64,000 nt of DNA, taken from the NCBI GenBank assembly GCA_036489235.1, contig DASXGC010000073.1, forward strand, positions 1,095-65,094, in the 5' to 3' direction. Below are positions 8,861-18,319 of the stretch, piece after piece. A program made the position numbers and the translations under genes. Numbering within the stretch: position 1 is the stretch's first letter; the number at the start of each line of letters is the position of its first letter. The notes beneath the pieces were generated by a model that worked only from the letters and a program-made list of their open reading frames with translations, ran no database searches and was not told the origin of the DNA. Source of the stretch: Vicinamibacterales bacterium (GTDB lineage: Bacteria > Acidobacteriota > Vicinamibacteria > Vicinamibacterales > CAVVIG01).

Positions 8861-9724
8861 CTACTTCGGCGCGACGCCGAGCCCCTTGACCCGTGCGCCG
8901 GCCAGCCTGACGCCGACCTTCACGTCGTTCGGCTTCGAACCCGACGGAACGATGTACTCGATCAGCAGTTCGCTCGTCAGTCGTTCGGCGAGCCGATCGA
9001 GTGCGGACTGAAAGGACACTGCCGAGTAAATCGTCGTGTATTGACCGCGTGATTGCTCGGCGAGCGCACGCAGGGCCTGCGCCGGTCGGAATCCCGGACC
9101 CGCTGGCGGCGGCGAGGAACGGTTCGCGATGACGTGGAGAATGGCGCCGCTGTCGACGATGGGCGCGATCATCTCGTCGGGCCGGTCGCGGCTCGAGTCC
9201 AGCGAGCTCGACGACAGCACGATGATCGTCGAGAACAAAGCGCCGGTGCGTTGAATCGCGTGCGCTGCGAGCGCCGTTCCCTGCAGCAGCGAACTACCGG
9301 TGGCCGTGGTCAGTTCGATTTCGCCGAGTCGTTTTACCACGGTTGCGCGGTCGTCCTCGAACGTCGACACCATCGCCGGGATGTCGCCGAAGGTGCCAAC
9401 CGCCACGGGACGGGTGCCGATCTTCTCGAGGAATCGTGTCACGGCTTTTCGCATCAGCGGCACGTCGTTGTGGGCCTCGCCGCCGGTATCCAGCATGATC
9501 GCGATTGGATAATCGGCAGGCCGGACCGAGAGCACTTCGCGCGCCGCCCCTGCTTCCTGCACCACGAAGTCGTCTGGTCCGACATCCATCAGTGGACGAT
9601 TCTTCGGATCGAGAACCGTCGCGAGCGCGACGCGGCTGGCGCCGGTCTGTTGCTCCTTCGGCGCAGCGCTTGCGGCGACGATGGTTGTCGCCAGCGTCCC
9701 GACCGCAATCACAAGACGAACCAC
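8861..9724 (-). CDS. VWFA-related acidobacterial-type (TIGR03436-like) secreted protein
   Basis: 287 aa with a GTG start and signal peptide. It has the family-typical N-terminal module (...DPKNRPLMDVGPDDFVVQEAG...) followed by a VWA-like fold (IAIMLDTGGEA...). It lies 4 nt upstream of the sulfatase-like-TPR gene. Confidence 0.7.
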   Translation of the reverse strand: MVRLVIAVGTLATTIVAASAAPKEQQTGASRVALATVLDPKNRPLMDVGPDDFVVQEAGAAREVLSVRPADYPIAIMLDTGGEAHNDVPLMRKAVTRFLEKIGTRPVAVGTFGDIPAMVSTFEDDRATVVKRLGEIELTTATGSSLLQGTALAAHAIQRTGALFSTIIVLSSSSLDSSRDRPDEMIAPIVDSGAILHVIANRSSPPPAGPGFRPAQALRALAEQSRGQYTTIYSAVSFQSALDRLAERLTSELLIEYIVPSGSKPNDVKVGVRLAGARVKGLGVAPK

Positions 9725-9988
9725 GACGCGATTATAGACGCGAAAGCTCTACCGTCAGTCGCGCCACGCCGATGCTGGTGTTGTCTGGAGTCGTCTCGCT
9801 TGATCAGTTGGAGCGACGATCTGTCGAGGTAGTTCCGGCGCGGCTGTATCTCACTTGCGGAAAAAACAGCGTCCGTCGTTCCCGGAATTTGGATCGCGTG
9901 ATCAAGAAAGTGCGTAAGTGTTCGATCTACGAGATCCCAGGACAGCGTGCGCGATCACAACATGGCCGGGAGTGGGAAGGGAGCTGAT

Positions 9989-12961
9989 ATGAAGAGGACG
10001 TTCATGTTGGCGCTCGTCGCGATTGCAATCGCAACGACGGGCGCGACTTCGGTATTCGCACAAGGTATTCAGTCGGGCACGATCCGCGGAACGATCAAGG
10101 ATCAGCAGAATCTCGCGGTGCCCGGAGTGACGGTGACGGCAACGTCACCGTCACTGCAGGGGTCGCGTATTGCGATCAGCGACGGGCAGGGTCTTTACAC
10201 CATCAATGCACTGCCGCCCGGCGCCTACACGCTGAAGTTCACGCTCAGCGGCTTCGGCGACGTCACCCAGACGATGACATTGCCGCTCGGGTTGGTGGTC
10301 GAGCAGAACGCGGTGCTCAAAGCCGCCGGCGTCGCCGAGGCGGTGCAGGTAACGGCGGCGCCGCCCACGCCAATCGCCACCGGGGTGGTCGGCGGCAACT
10401 ACAAGCACGAGGAGATCGAAGCGCTGGCGACGCCGCGGACCCTCGAAGGGATTGCGACGCTATCGCCTGGCGTCACCGAGAATTCGACCAACGCCGGTCA
10501 GATCGTGGTCAACGGTGCGATGGCCTTCGACAACATCTTCATGATTAACGGCGTAGACGTGAACGACAACCTGTTCGCGACGCCGCAGAATCTGTTCATC
10601 GAAGACGCAATCGAGGAGACGCAGGTGCTGACGGCCGGCATCTCCGCCGAATACGGGCGTTTCACCGGCGGCGTGGTCAACGCCATCACCAAGAGCGGCG
10701 GCAACATCTTCACCGGCAGTGGCCGCGTCAACTTCCTCGATCCGGCGTGGACGACGGCGACGCCGTACGAGGTGACGAAAGGGATCGAGGACACCGCGCA
10801 TCCGTCGCAACTGCAGGAACGGTACGAAGGGACCTTCGGCGGCCCGATCGTGAAGGACCGGCTGTGGTTCTTCAGCTCCGGCCGCTACCAGAATGTGAAC
10901 CAGCCGGCGACCTTGCCGCAAACCGGCGCGACGCTTCCACAGGAAACGCAGAACAAGCGCTTCGAGTTGAAGCTCACCGGGACGGTGGCGCCAGGGCACA
11001 CGATTGCCGGCGGGTTCCTCACCAACTCCACCAACCTGACCAACAACTCGGGTCTGTTCTCGTATGTCATCGACCCGCACAGCCTGGTCAACTACAGCGA
11101 GCCGAACAACTACTTCTACACGAACTACAAGGGTGTGCTCGGCAGCAGCCTGCTGGTCGAGGCGCAGTACTCGCAGCGCCACTTCCGCTTTGACGGAGAC
11201 GGCGGAACGAGCACGGCGATCACCGATTCGCCGTTCCTGTCGGCAACCCAATGCGCCTGTCTCTACAACGCCCCGTACTTCGACGCGACCGACGGTGAGA
11301 ACCGCAACAACAAGCAGCTGACCGGCAGCGTCACCAAGTTCTGGAACAGAGGCGGCCGTCACGAGACCAAGGGTGGTTACGAGTGGTTCCGCAGCCAGCG
11401 CACCGGCGGCAACTCGCAGTCGTCGACGTCGTATGTCTTCTCGTCCGACTTCGTGACCAACGCCGACGGCACGCCGCAGCTCGATTCCACCGGCCGGCCG
11501 ATTCCGATGTTCGTCCCGGGCACGTCATTCCTCGACTATTACCCGGCGGTTCGCGGCGCCGTCCTGAACGTCGACAACAACTCGTTATACGTCCAGGATC
11601 ACTGGACGATCAGCAGTCGCATGTCGGCGGATCTGGGCGCGCGTTACGAGCACGTCAAGGCGCTGTCGACCGGCGACATCCAGAGCGTGGACGTTGGCCG
11701 CATCGTGCCGCGTCTCGGCCTCGCCTACGCGCTCGATGACAACGGCGACAAGATCCTTCATTTCAACTACGGCCAGTATTCGGGTCGCTACAACGAAGCG
11801 CAGATTGCGGCTAATAGTCCGGTCGGCAATCCGGCCGATATCGAGCCGATTTATCGTGGACCGGCGGGGCAGGGCTACGGCTTCGCGCCGGGATTCAATC
11901 TCGCGAACTATCCCGTGAACTCCGCGAACGCCACCGTCACGGATCCGGTGCAGAACGTTGTGATGGATCCGAATCTCATCTCGCCGCTGGTGCACGAGTT
12001 CTCGGCCTCGTTCGGAACGAAGTTCATGGGCGACCATGGCTACGGCGAAGTGAGTTACGTCGCCCGCATCACGCACGATCTGATCGAGGACTATCAGACA
12101 CTGTCCACCGGAGTGACCGACGTCACGGTCAACGGCGTCAGCGCCGGCCTGTTCACGAACAAGCTCTATACGAATGCGCCGAACGATCAGGTCTATCGGC
12201 ACTATCAGGGACTGGTGTTCCAGACGCGCTACCGGATCAACAGCGCGTGGAGCGTGTACGGCGCCGACACGGTGCAACTGCAGAACACCGGCGACTACGA
12301 AGGTGAGGCGACCAATCAGCCCGGAAATACGTCCCCGATCGGCAACTTTCCGGAGGCTTTCAGCGTCGCGCGCACGTATCCGTTCGGCGATCTTCAGAAC
12401 GCCGAGAAGAACCGGCTGAGACTGTGGAGCGTGTACAGCTGGGACATGCACTCGAAGGGCAACCTGACATTCTCCGGGTTGTGGCGGCTCGAATCGGGGT
12501 TGGCCTACAGCATTGCCGCGCGCAATCAGCCACTCACTTCTCAGCAGGTCGCGATTCTTGCGGCGGCCGGCTATCCGGATCTGCCGGGTGCGCAGACGGT
12601 GTTCTTCACCGGCGAGCGGGGCGATCAGACGTTCGCCGGGTATGGCGTGATCGACATGTCGATCAATTACGACATTCCGGTGTTCCGCACCGTCAAGCCG
12701 TGGATCAAGATCGACGTCTACAATCTGTTCAACAATGAGAAGTTGATTGCCTGGAACACCACGGTGTCGCAGAACGTCGCCGGCGGTGTCGACGCGCTCG
12801 GCCTCGCGACCAACTACACAAAGGGCTCGACGTTTGGTACGGCGACCGGAAATACCGTGACCAACTTGAACAACGCGAATATCAACACGTTCCCGCTGGC
12901 GTTTTCGGGCGCGCAGGCAGGCGGTCGCACATTGAGAATGGCTATCGGCGTCAGATTCTAG
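9989..12961 (+). CDS. CarboxypepD_reg domain / TonB-dependent-receptor-like outer-membrane beta-barrel (paralog 2)
   Basis: ATG 9989 (MKRTFMLALVAIAIATTGATSVFAQG) with GGGAAGGGAG upstream is preferred to ORF-track start 9947. N-terminal signature GTIRGTIKDQQNLAVPGVTVTATSPSLQG...LPPGAYTLKFTLSGF. C-terminal ...MAIGVRF. Confidence 0.8.
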   Translation: MKRTFMLALVAIAIATTGATSVFAQGIQSGTIRGTIKDQQNLAVPGVTVTATSPSLQGSRIAISDGQGLYTINALPPGAYTLKFTLSGFGDVTQTMTLPLGLVVEQNAVLKAAGVAEAVQVTAAPPTPIATGVVGGNYKHEEIEALATPRTLEGIATLSPGVTENSTNAGQIVVNGAMAFDNIFMINGVDVNDNLFATPQNLFIEDAIEETQVLTAGISAEYGRFTGGVVNAITKSGGNIFTGSGRVNFLDPAWTTATPYEVTKGIEDTAHPSQLQERYEGTFGGPIVKDRLWFFSSGRYQNVNQPATLPQTGATLPQETQNKRFELKLTGTVAPGHTIAGGFLTNSTNLTNNSGLFSYVIDPHSLVNYSEPNNYFYTNYKGVLGSSLLVEAQYSQRHFRFDGDGGTSTAITDSPFLSATQCACLYNAPYFDATDGENRNNKQLTGSVTKFWNRGGRHETKGGYEWFRSQRTGGNSQSSTSYVFSSDFVTNADGTPQLDSTGRPIPMFVPGTSFLDYYPAVRGAVLNVDNNSLYVQDHWTISSRMSADLGARYEHVKALSTGDIQSVDVGRIVPRLGLAYALDDNGDKILHFNYGQYSGRYNEAQIAANSPVGNPADIEPIYRGPAGQGYGFAPGFNLANYPVNSANATVTDPVQNVVMDPNLISPLVHEFSASFGTKFMGDHGYGEVSYVARITHDLIEDYQTLSTGVTDVTVNGVSAGLFTNKLYTNAPNDQVYRHYQGLVFQTRYRINSAWSVYGADTVQLQNTGDYEGEATNQPGNTSPIGNFPEAFSVARTYPFGDLQNAEKNRLRLWSVYSWDMHSKGNLTFSGLWRLESGLAYSIAARNQPLTSQQVAILAAAGYPDLPGAQTVFFTGERGDQTFAGYGVIDMSINYDIPVFRTVKPWIKIDVYNLFNNEKLIAWNTTVSQNVAGGVDALGLATNYTKGSTFGTATGNTVTNLNNANINTFPLAFSGAQAGGRTLRMAIGVRF

Positions 12962-13315
12962 AGCTTCGCCATACCGCTCGGCTGGAGTCCGATTAGTCGG
13001 GCTTTGGCCGAGCGGATCCCTCCTTCTATCCCTGCCACTACTCCAATTCCAGCTCGTCATTAGCATTTTCATTCGAAAATAGTACGAATAGGGGACGTCC
13101 GTCCCATTATTTGGATCGACTTTCAACATAAGTACATAAAGGTCCGATTATGGAATTTAAGGACAGTGTTCGTGATCGTTATGATGCTCGGTGGTTTGCA
13201 TCCAAGTATTTGGCTGCATGCATGACCCAGATGTGTTGTTTATGAGTCAGCTCGTATCTGTTCTGATACGTCTTCCTCGACCACGCTGGGGTTTCCCTTC
13301 TGGAGGATTGAACGA

Positions 13316-16249
13316 ATGAAGTCGATCATCGCGAAGTTATCAGCGCGCGCGGTCGTCCTGGTGACGATGGCGGCGACGCTGACATCCCCGGCCTTCGCTC
13401 AAACCACGGCACGCCTCGTTGGGTCCGTCGTCGATGCGCAGGGAGCAGTACTACCCGGCGTGACGGTCAGCGTCACCAGCCCACAGCTGCAGGGCACGAG
13501 TACTGCCGTGACCGATAGCAGCGGTCAGTTCCGTTTCCCGTCGCTGCCTCCAGGAACCTACAACGTCAAAGCCGATCTCTCGGGATTCAAGCCGGCAGAA
13601 GAGACCAATATCCGCATCGCGCTCGACTCGACGATCACGCTGTCGCTGAAGCTGTCGCTGGCTGGCGTGGCCGAAACGGTCAACGTGATGGCCGCGCCAC
13701 CGGTCGTCGACACGACGTCCACCACCGGCGGCATCAACGTCGGCCAGGAAGTTTTCGATCAGCTCGCGGTGCGGCGTGACATATACGACCTCACACGGCT
13801 GGCGCCTGGCGTAACGAAGGACACCTTCGGTCCGACCTTCTACGGATCGACCAGCGCGGAGAACAGCTACATCATCGACGGCATGAACACGACCGGCGTC
13901 GATACCGGCACGGAAGGCAAGCAGCTGAACACCGACTTCATTCAGGAAGTCCAGGTGCAGACCGGTGGTCTCGGCGCCGAGTACGGCCGCATGACCGGCG
14001 GCAATCTGAACATCATCACGAAGTCGGGCGGCAACCAGTTCCACACCGATCTGTTTGTGTTCGGACAGGGCGGGGGCCTGCAGGCGGCGAACACCACCGG
14101 ACCGCAGCTGCCGAAGACCTCGACCTCCGTGACCAACACCGCGCACCTCGCCGATTACGGCGGCGACCTCGGCGGCTACATCGTCAAGGACAAAGTCTGG
14201 TTCTTCGGCGCCTACGACCGCGTCGATCAGCTCGACGAGGCGACGATTATCGCGCCGCTCACCTCGCCCGGCAGCCCGGCGGTCGGCAGCACCGTGCCGG
14301 CCACGATCGCGAAGAATCTGTTCGCGGCGAAGGTGACGTTCAAAGCGTCGCAGGATCACACGTTCACCTTCACCACGTTCGGCGATCCGAACACGCGCAC
14401 AGGCGCCATCTTCACGACCAATAACGGCCTCAACTTCAGCGTCAACGGAGCGCCGAGCACATTCCAGGGCACGCTCGACCAGGGCGGCACCGACAGCGTC
14501 GGCAAGTACGACGGCATTTTCGGCGCGAAGACGCTGGTAAGCGGAATGGTCGGCTTGCACCGGGAGAGCCAGCAGTACAGCGGCCCGGGCTTTTCCGTGC
14601 CGTACTTCACGAATAATACGGTCGTCCCGACGCAGGCCTCGGGCGGGTTTCCGGGCTTCGACAATCAGGATTTCAAGCGCATGACCGTCAAGGGCGACCT
14701 GACCCACTATATGGGCAGCCACACCCTGAAGGCGGGCGGCGACTACGAGGACGTGAACGCCACGGTCGATCGCTACCAGGGCGGCGCCGGTCAGCACGTC
14801 TACGAGCTGATCTCCGGCAGCACGATTTACTATCGCCACCGCTACTACGTGAACGATCTCGCGACGGGCTACAACCGCGCCGATCCATCCACGTGGCAGA
14901 TCAACCTGCCGCTCGAGGCCAAGCCCGAAACCAAGAACGCGTCGTTCTACGCACAGGACGGCTACAAGCCGATCGGCAACCTCACGATCAACTACGGCGT
15001 GCGGTGGGAGAAGCAGCAGGTGATCGGCCGCGATCCGACGGCGGGCTTCTCGCTGAACAACAACTGGGCGGGACGCGTCGGCGTCATCTGGGATCCGACG
15101 AATACCGGAAAATCGAAGGCCTACTTCAACTACGGCCGCTTCTACGAGAACATCCCGCAGGACATCAACATCCGCTCGTTCGGCGGAGAGTTGACGGCGT
15201 TCAGCTACAACTTCTCGCCCGATCCGGCGAATTACCTGCCGGTTGCCGGCACGCCGGGCAAGAACACGCTGCTCGGTGGACCCGAAGCTGCTGATCCGAA
15301 CCTGAAGGGTCAGTACATCGACGAGTACATCGGCGGCTTCGAGTACGAAGTAGCGCCGAAGACCACCGCGAGCGTTCGCTACATCTACCGCAACCTGGGC
15401 CGCGTCATCGAGGACTTCCTCGTGCCTGCGAGCGGCGAGTACTTCATCGCCAACCCGGGCGAGGGGGCGCTGGGACAGTCGCTGGGCTTCTACAACGGCG
15501 GCACCGCGCCGTCGCCGAAGGCGCAGCGCACGAACAACAGCGTAGAGTTCTCGGTGAAGAAGCGCTACAGCGACAACTGGCAGCTGCTCGCGAGCTACGT
15601 CTACTCGAAGCTCGATGGCAACTACGACGGCACGTTCCAGCAGTCTACCGGTCAGCTGGATCCGAACATCAACTCCGCGTTCGACTACGCCGACTTCCTG
15701 GTCAACGCGCAGGGCGAGCTGAGCAACGAGCACAAGAATCAGTTCAAGGTCGATGGCAGCTACGTCGTCAGCAACCACGGCGTGCTGGATGGCCTCAGCC
15801 TTGGCCTGTCGTTTCACTTTCTCTCGGGTGTGCCGCTCACCGCGTTTGGCTACTCGCAAGCGTACGCGAACTGGGAGTACTACCTGACGCCGCGCGGCTC
15901 GCTCGGCTACGGGCCGGCGGACTACGAGACGGATCTGCATGTGAACTATCCGATCAAGCTTGGAAACGCCAAGGCGAACGTCGTGCTGAACGTGTTCAAC
16001 CTGCTCAATCGTCAGGCGCCGACCGTTCTGGATCAACGCTACAACCTCGTGTCGGACGGTCCGTGCGCCGGCGTCCCGGGCGCGCTCTGCAACGGTGACG
16101 GCGGCCTGGTCACGAACCCCGGCACGCTTACGCCGGTGGCGCAGCTTACGAACGCGCGGGCGTCGGCGACGAACCCGGACTTCCTGAAGGCGGGAACGTT
16201 CTTCACGCTGCCGCGCAGCGCGCAGATCGGCGTTCGGTTCTCGTTCTAA
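13316..16249 (+). CDS. CarboxypepD_reg domain / TonB-dependent-receptor-like outer-membrane beta-barrel (paralog 3)
   Basis: 977 aa with a GGAGGA RBS and signal peptide ...TSPAFAQ. N-terminal signature LVGSVVDAQGAVLPGVTVSVTSPQLQG...[23 protein letters not shown]-terminal ...QIGVRFSF. Confidence 0.8.
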   Translation: MKSIIAKLSARAVVLVTMAATLTSPAFAQTTARLVGSVVDAQGAVLPGVTVSVTSPQLQGTSTAVTDSSGQFRFPSLPPGTYNVKADLSGFKPAEETNIRIALDSTITLSLKLSLAGVAETVNVMAAPPVVDTTSTTGGINVGQEVFDQLAVRRDIYDLTRLAPGVTKDTFGPTFYGSTSAENSYIIDGMNTTGVDTGTEGKQLNTDFIQEVQVQTGGLGAEYGRMTGGNLNIITKSGGNQFHTDLFVFGQGGGLQAANTTGPQLPKTSTSVTNTAHLADYGGDLGGYIVKDKVWFFGAYDRVDQLDEATIIAPLTSPGSPAVGSTVPATIAKNLFAAKVTFKASQDHTFTFTTFGDPNTRTGAIFTTNNGLNFSVNGAPSTFQGTLDQGGTDSVGKYDGIFGAKTLVSGMVGLHRESQQYSGPGFSVPYFTNNTVVPTQASGGFPGFDNQDFKRMTVKGDLTHYMGSHTLKAGGDYEDVNATVDRYQGGAGQHVYELISGSTIYYRHRYYVNDLATGYNRADPSTWQINLPLEAKPETKNASFYAQDGYKPIGNLTINYGVRWEKQQVIGRDPTAGFSLNNNWAGRVGVIWDPTNTGKSKAYFNYGRFYENIPQDINIRSFGGELTAFSYNFSPDPANYLPVAGTPGKNTLLGGPEAADPNLKGQYIDEYIGGFEYEVAPKTTASVRYIYRNLGRVIEDFLVPASGEYFIANPGEGALGQSLGFYNGGTAPSPKAQRTNNSVEFSVKKRYSDNWQLLASYVYSKLDGNYDGTFQQSTGQLDPNINSAFDYADFLVNAQGELSNEHKNQFKVDGSYVVSNHGVLDGLSLGLSFHFLSGVPLTAFGYSQAYANWEYYLTPRGSLGYGPADYETDLHVNYPIKLGNAKANVVLNVFNLLNRQAPTVLDQRYNLVSDGPCAGVPGALCNGDGGLVTNPGTLTPVAQLTNARASATNPDFLKAGTFFTLPRSAQIGVRFSF

Positions 16250-16277
16250 CTCGACACCGCTCGGTCGTGTAGGATCA

Positions 16278-16309
16278 GGGCCTCGCCTCGGCGGGGCCCT
16301 TTTCTTTTC
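16278..16309 (+). terminator. Rho-independent terminator after barrel paralog 3
   Basis: GGGCCTCGCC/GGCGGGGCCC stem (one G-U pair) followed by TTTTCTTTTC. It ends 12 nt before the next start codon. Confidence 0.6.
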
Positions 16310-16321
16310 GGGAGACTGCAG

Positions 16322-18319
16322 TTGAAGCGTGTGCTCATCACCGTATCGCCTGGCTCCGCGCTCGGATGTCTGGCAGCGGTCGTTCTGAGCCTGAGCGGCT
16401 GCGGTGGGCAGACGCCGGCGTCGCCGCCGCCGACCAGGAACTCCACGCTCGCCGTCGCTGACATCGCATCGCTGGCGCAGCGCGGGCATCCGGTCATCTT
16501 TCTCGGCCTCGACGCCGCGGACTGGTCGCTCCTCGACGTTTACATTGCCAAGGGCGTGATGCCGAATCTCGCGAAGCTCGCGTCTGAGGGCACCAGCGGT
16601 CACCTCAAGACTATTTCCCCGGCTCTGTCTCCGCTGGTGTGGACGACGATGATGACGGGGACGAGCCCGCTCGAGCACGGCATCCTCGATTTCCTCCAGT
16701 TCGATCCGGTCAGCGGCAGCAAAGAACCGATTACCAGCAGCGAGCGGCGTGTGCCTGCAGTCTGGAACATGGCCAGCGAAGGCGGCAAGCGCGCGGCCGT
16801 GTTCGGCCTCTGGGCGACGTATCCCGCCGAAACCATCGATGGCCTCGTCGTCTCCGACCGCCTGTTCACCTTTCTCTACAAGGAGTCGGCGCCGCCTCCC
16901 GGCATCGTCTTTCCGGCGGACCGTGAAGCCTGGGCCCGTGACGGCCTCGCACGCGCGCAGCGCGCGGCCAACTACGACGCTGTCCATTCGTATCTGCCCT
17001 GGCTCAGCGAATCGGACTACAACAAGGTGGCCGACTCGAACGATCCGTACTCGCAGCCAGTGAGCGCTCTGCGGCGGATGCTGACCGAGACCAACGTCTA
17101 CGGTGATCTGTCGCTCCAATGGATCCGTGAACAGCGCCCCGATCTCGCCATCGTCTACCTGCAGAGCACCGACACTGTCGGCCATGTATTTGCGCCGTTC
17201 GCGCCGCCGAAGCAAGCCACTGTCAGCCAGGCGGACTACGATCGCTACAGCGGCGTGCCCGAGAAGTTCTTCCACGCGCTCGACGAGCGCATCGGTCAAT
17301 ACCGCGAAGCCGCCGCTGCCAACGGCGCAGTGCTGATGATCGCGTCCGATCACGGCTTCTTCTGGAACGAAGGCCGCCCGACCAACCTGTCGAGCGTCGC
17401 GACAGCGAGCGCCGCGAAGTGGCACGCGGAGCAGGGCATGTACCTGATCTGGGGTCCTGGCGTCCCGGCGAAACCGGGGCACGGAGCGCAGGGGGACGTG
17501 CAGCAGATCGCGGCGACCTTGCTGGCGGCGCTCGGTCTGCCGCCCGGTCGCGACGTCAACGGCGATCCGCTCGACGGGGTCACGCCGGTGAAGGCTGCGC
17601 GCGCTGACTATGCGGCGCACTATCGTCCGGCCGCGGTGGAGGCGCCCGGCGTCTCGCGCCCGGCCGCGGACAAGGAAGCCGTCGCGAACCTGAAGTCGCT
17701 CGGCTACATCAGCGGCAGCGAGAGCAGCAGCGCGCCGCCCGGCAGTCGCGGCACGACCCGCACCGCAAGCTCCTACAACAACGAAGGAGTGATTCAGAAG
17801 GAGCGGCGCAAGTTTCCGCAGGCGATCGAAGCCTTCGAAAAGGCGCTCCAGATCGAGCCGGGTCTGGCGTCGGCCCAGTGGAACCTGAGCGACGTTCTTT
17901 ACGCGATGGGACAGAACCTGGATCGTTCCGACGAACTCCTGATTCACGCAGTTGCCGGCGGGATGCCCGACGGCGGCAAATATGCGGTTGGCCGCGCCAT
18001 CGCGTATCAGCGCAATGGCGACGCCGCGCGCAGCCTTCGACTGATGAATGCAGCGGTCGAAGCCAATCCGAAAGATCCCGATCTGTGGCTGTTCCGGGGT
18101 CGCTACCGCACCGAGAAAGGAGACTGCCGCGGTGCGTCGGATGATTTTTCGCGCGCGACGGCGCTCGGGCCAACGAATCCGGCGGCGTTCAGCGCGTCGG
18201 CTCTGGCTCGGCTGTGTCTCGGGGATCGCGCCGGCGCGCGTCGTGACTTCGAGCATGCACTGCAGCTCGATCCCGCCCAGCCGAAAATCCGCGAATATCT
18301 GTCCACGCTGGATCGATGA
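16322..18319 (+). CDS. Lipoprotein: type I phosphodiesterase/nucleotide-pyrophosphatase-like (alkaline phosphatase superfamily) domain fused to TPR repeats
   Basis: 665 aa with a lipobox (LSLSGC). AP-superfamily blocks are present: VIFLGLDAADWSLLD, SPLVWTTMMTGTSPLEHG, LMIASDHGF. The C-terminal region has TPR repeats (AIEAFEKALQIEPGLASAQWNL...). TTG start as in the ORF track; in-frame GTG 16331 is an alternative. Confidence 0.75.
   Translation: MKRVLITVSPGSALGCLAAVVLSLSGCGGQTPASPPPTRNSTLAVADIASLAQRGHPVIFLGLDAADWSLLDVYIAKGVMPNLAKLASEGTSGHLKTISPALSPLVWTTMMTGTSPLEHGILDFLQFDPVSGSKEPITSSERRVPAVWNMASEGGKRAAVFGLWATYPAETIDGLVVSDRLFTFLYKESAPPPGIVFPADREAWARDGLARAQRAANYDAVHSYLPWLSESDYNKVADSNDPYSQPVSALRRMLTETNVYGDLSLQWIREQRPDLAIVYLQSTDTVGHVFAPFAPPKQATVSQADYDRYSGVPEKFFHALDERIGQYREAAAANGAVLMIASDHGFFWNEGRPTNLSSVATASAAKWHAEQGMYLIWGPGVPAKPGHGAQGDVQQIAATLLAALGLPPGRDVNGDPLDGVTPVKAARADYAAHYRPAAVEAPGVSRPAADKEAVANLKSLGYISGSESSSAPPGSRGTTRTASSYNNEGVIQKERRKFPQAIEAFEKALQIEPGLASAQWNLSDVLYAMGQNLDRSDELLIHAVAGGMPDGGKYAVGRAIAYQRNGDAARSLRLMNAAVEANPKDPDLWLFRGRYRTEKGDCRGASDDFSRATALGPTNPAAFSASALARLCLGDRAGARRDFEHALQLDPAQPKIREYLSTLDR

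Noticed and set aside
13150-13245. 31-codon ORF (MEFKDSVRDRYDARWFASKYLAACMTQMCCL) called as a gene
   Set aside because: It has no convincing RBS and no recognisable family, and an AT-rich region is expected to throw up short ORFs by chance. It is kept only as a note inside the AT-rich island finding.
13451-18256. 1601-aa ORF on the minus strand, the longest ORF in the track
   Set aside because: It runs antisense through two well-supported plus-strand genes (barrel paralog 3 and the phosphodiesterase-like-TPR lipoprotein) and the terminator between them. The product is Arg/Ala/Gly-rich low complexity with no recognisable motif. Long stop-free antisense frames are expected in high-GC DNA.
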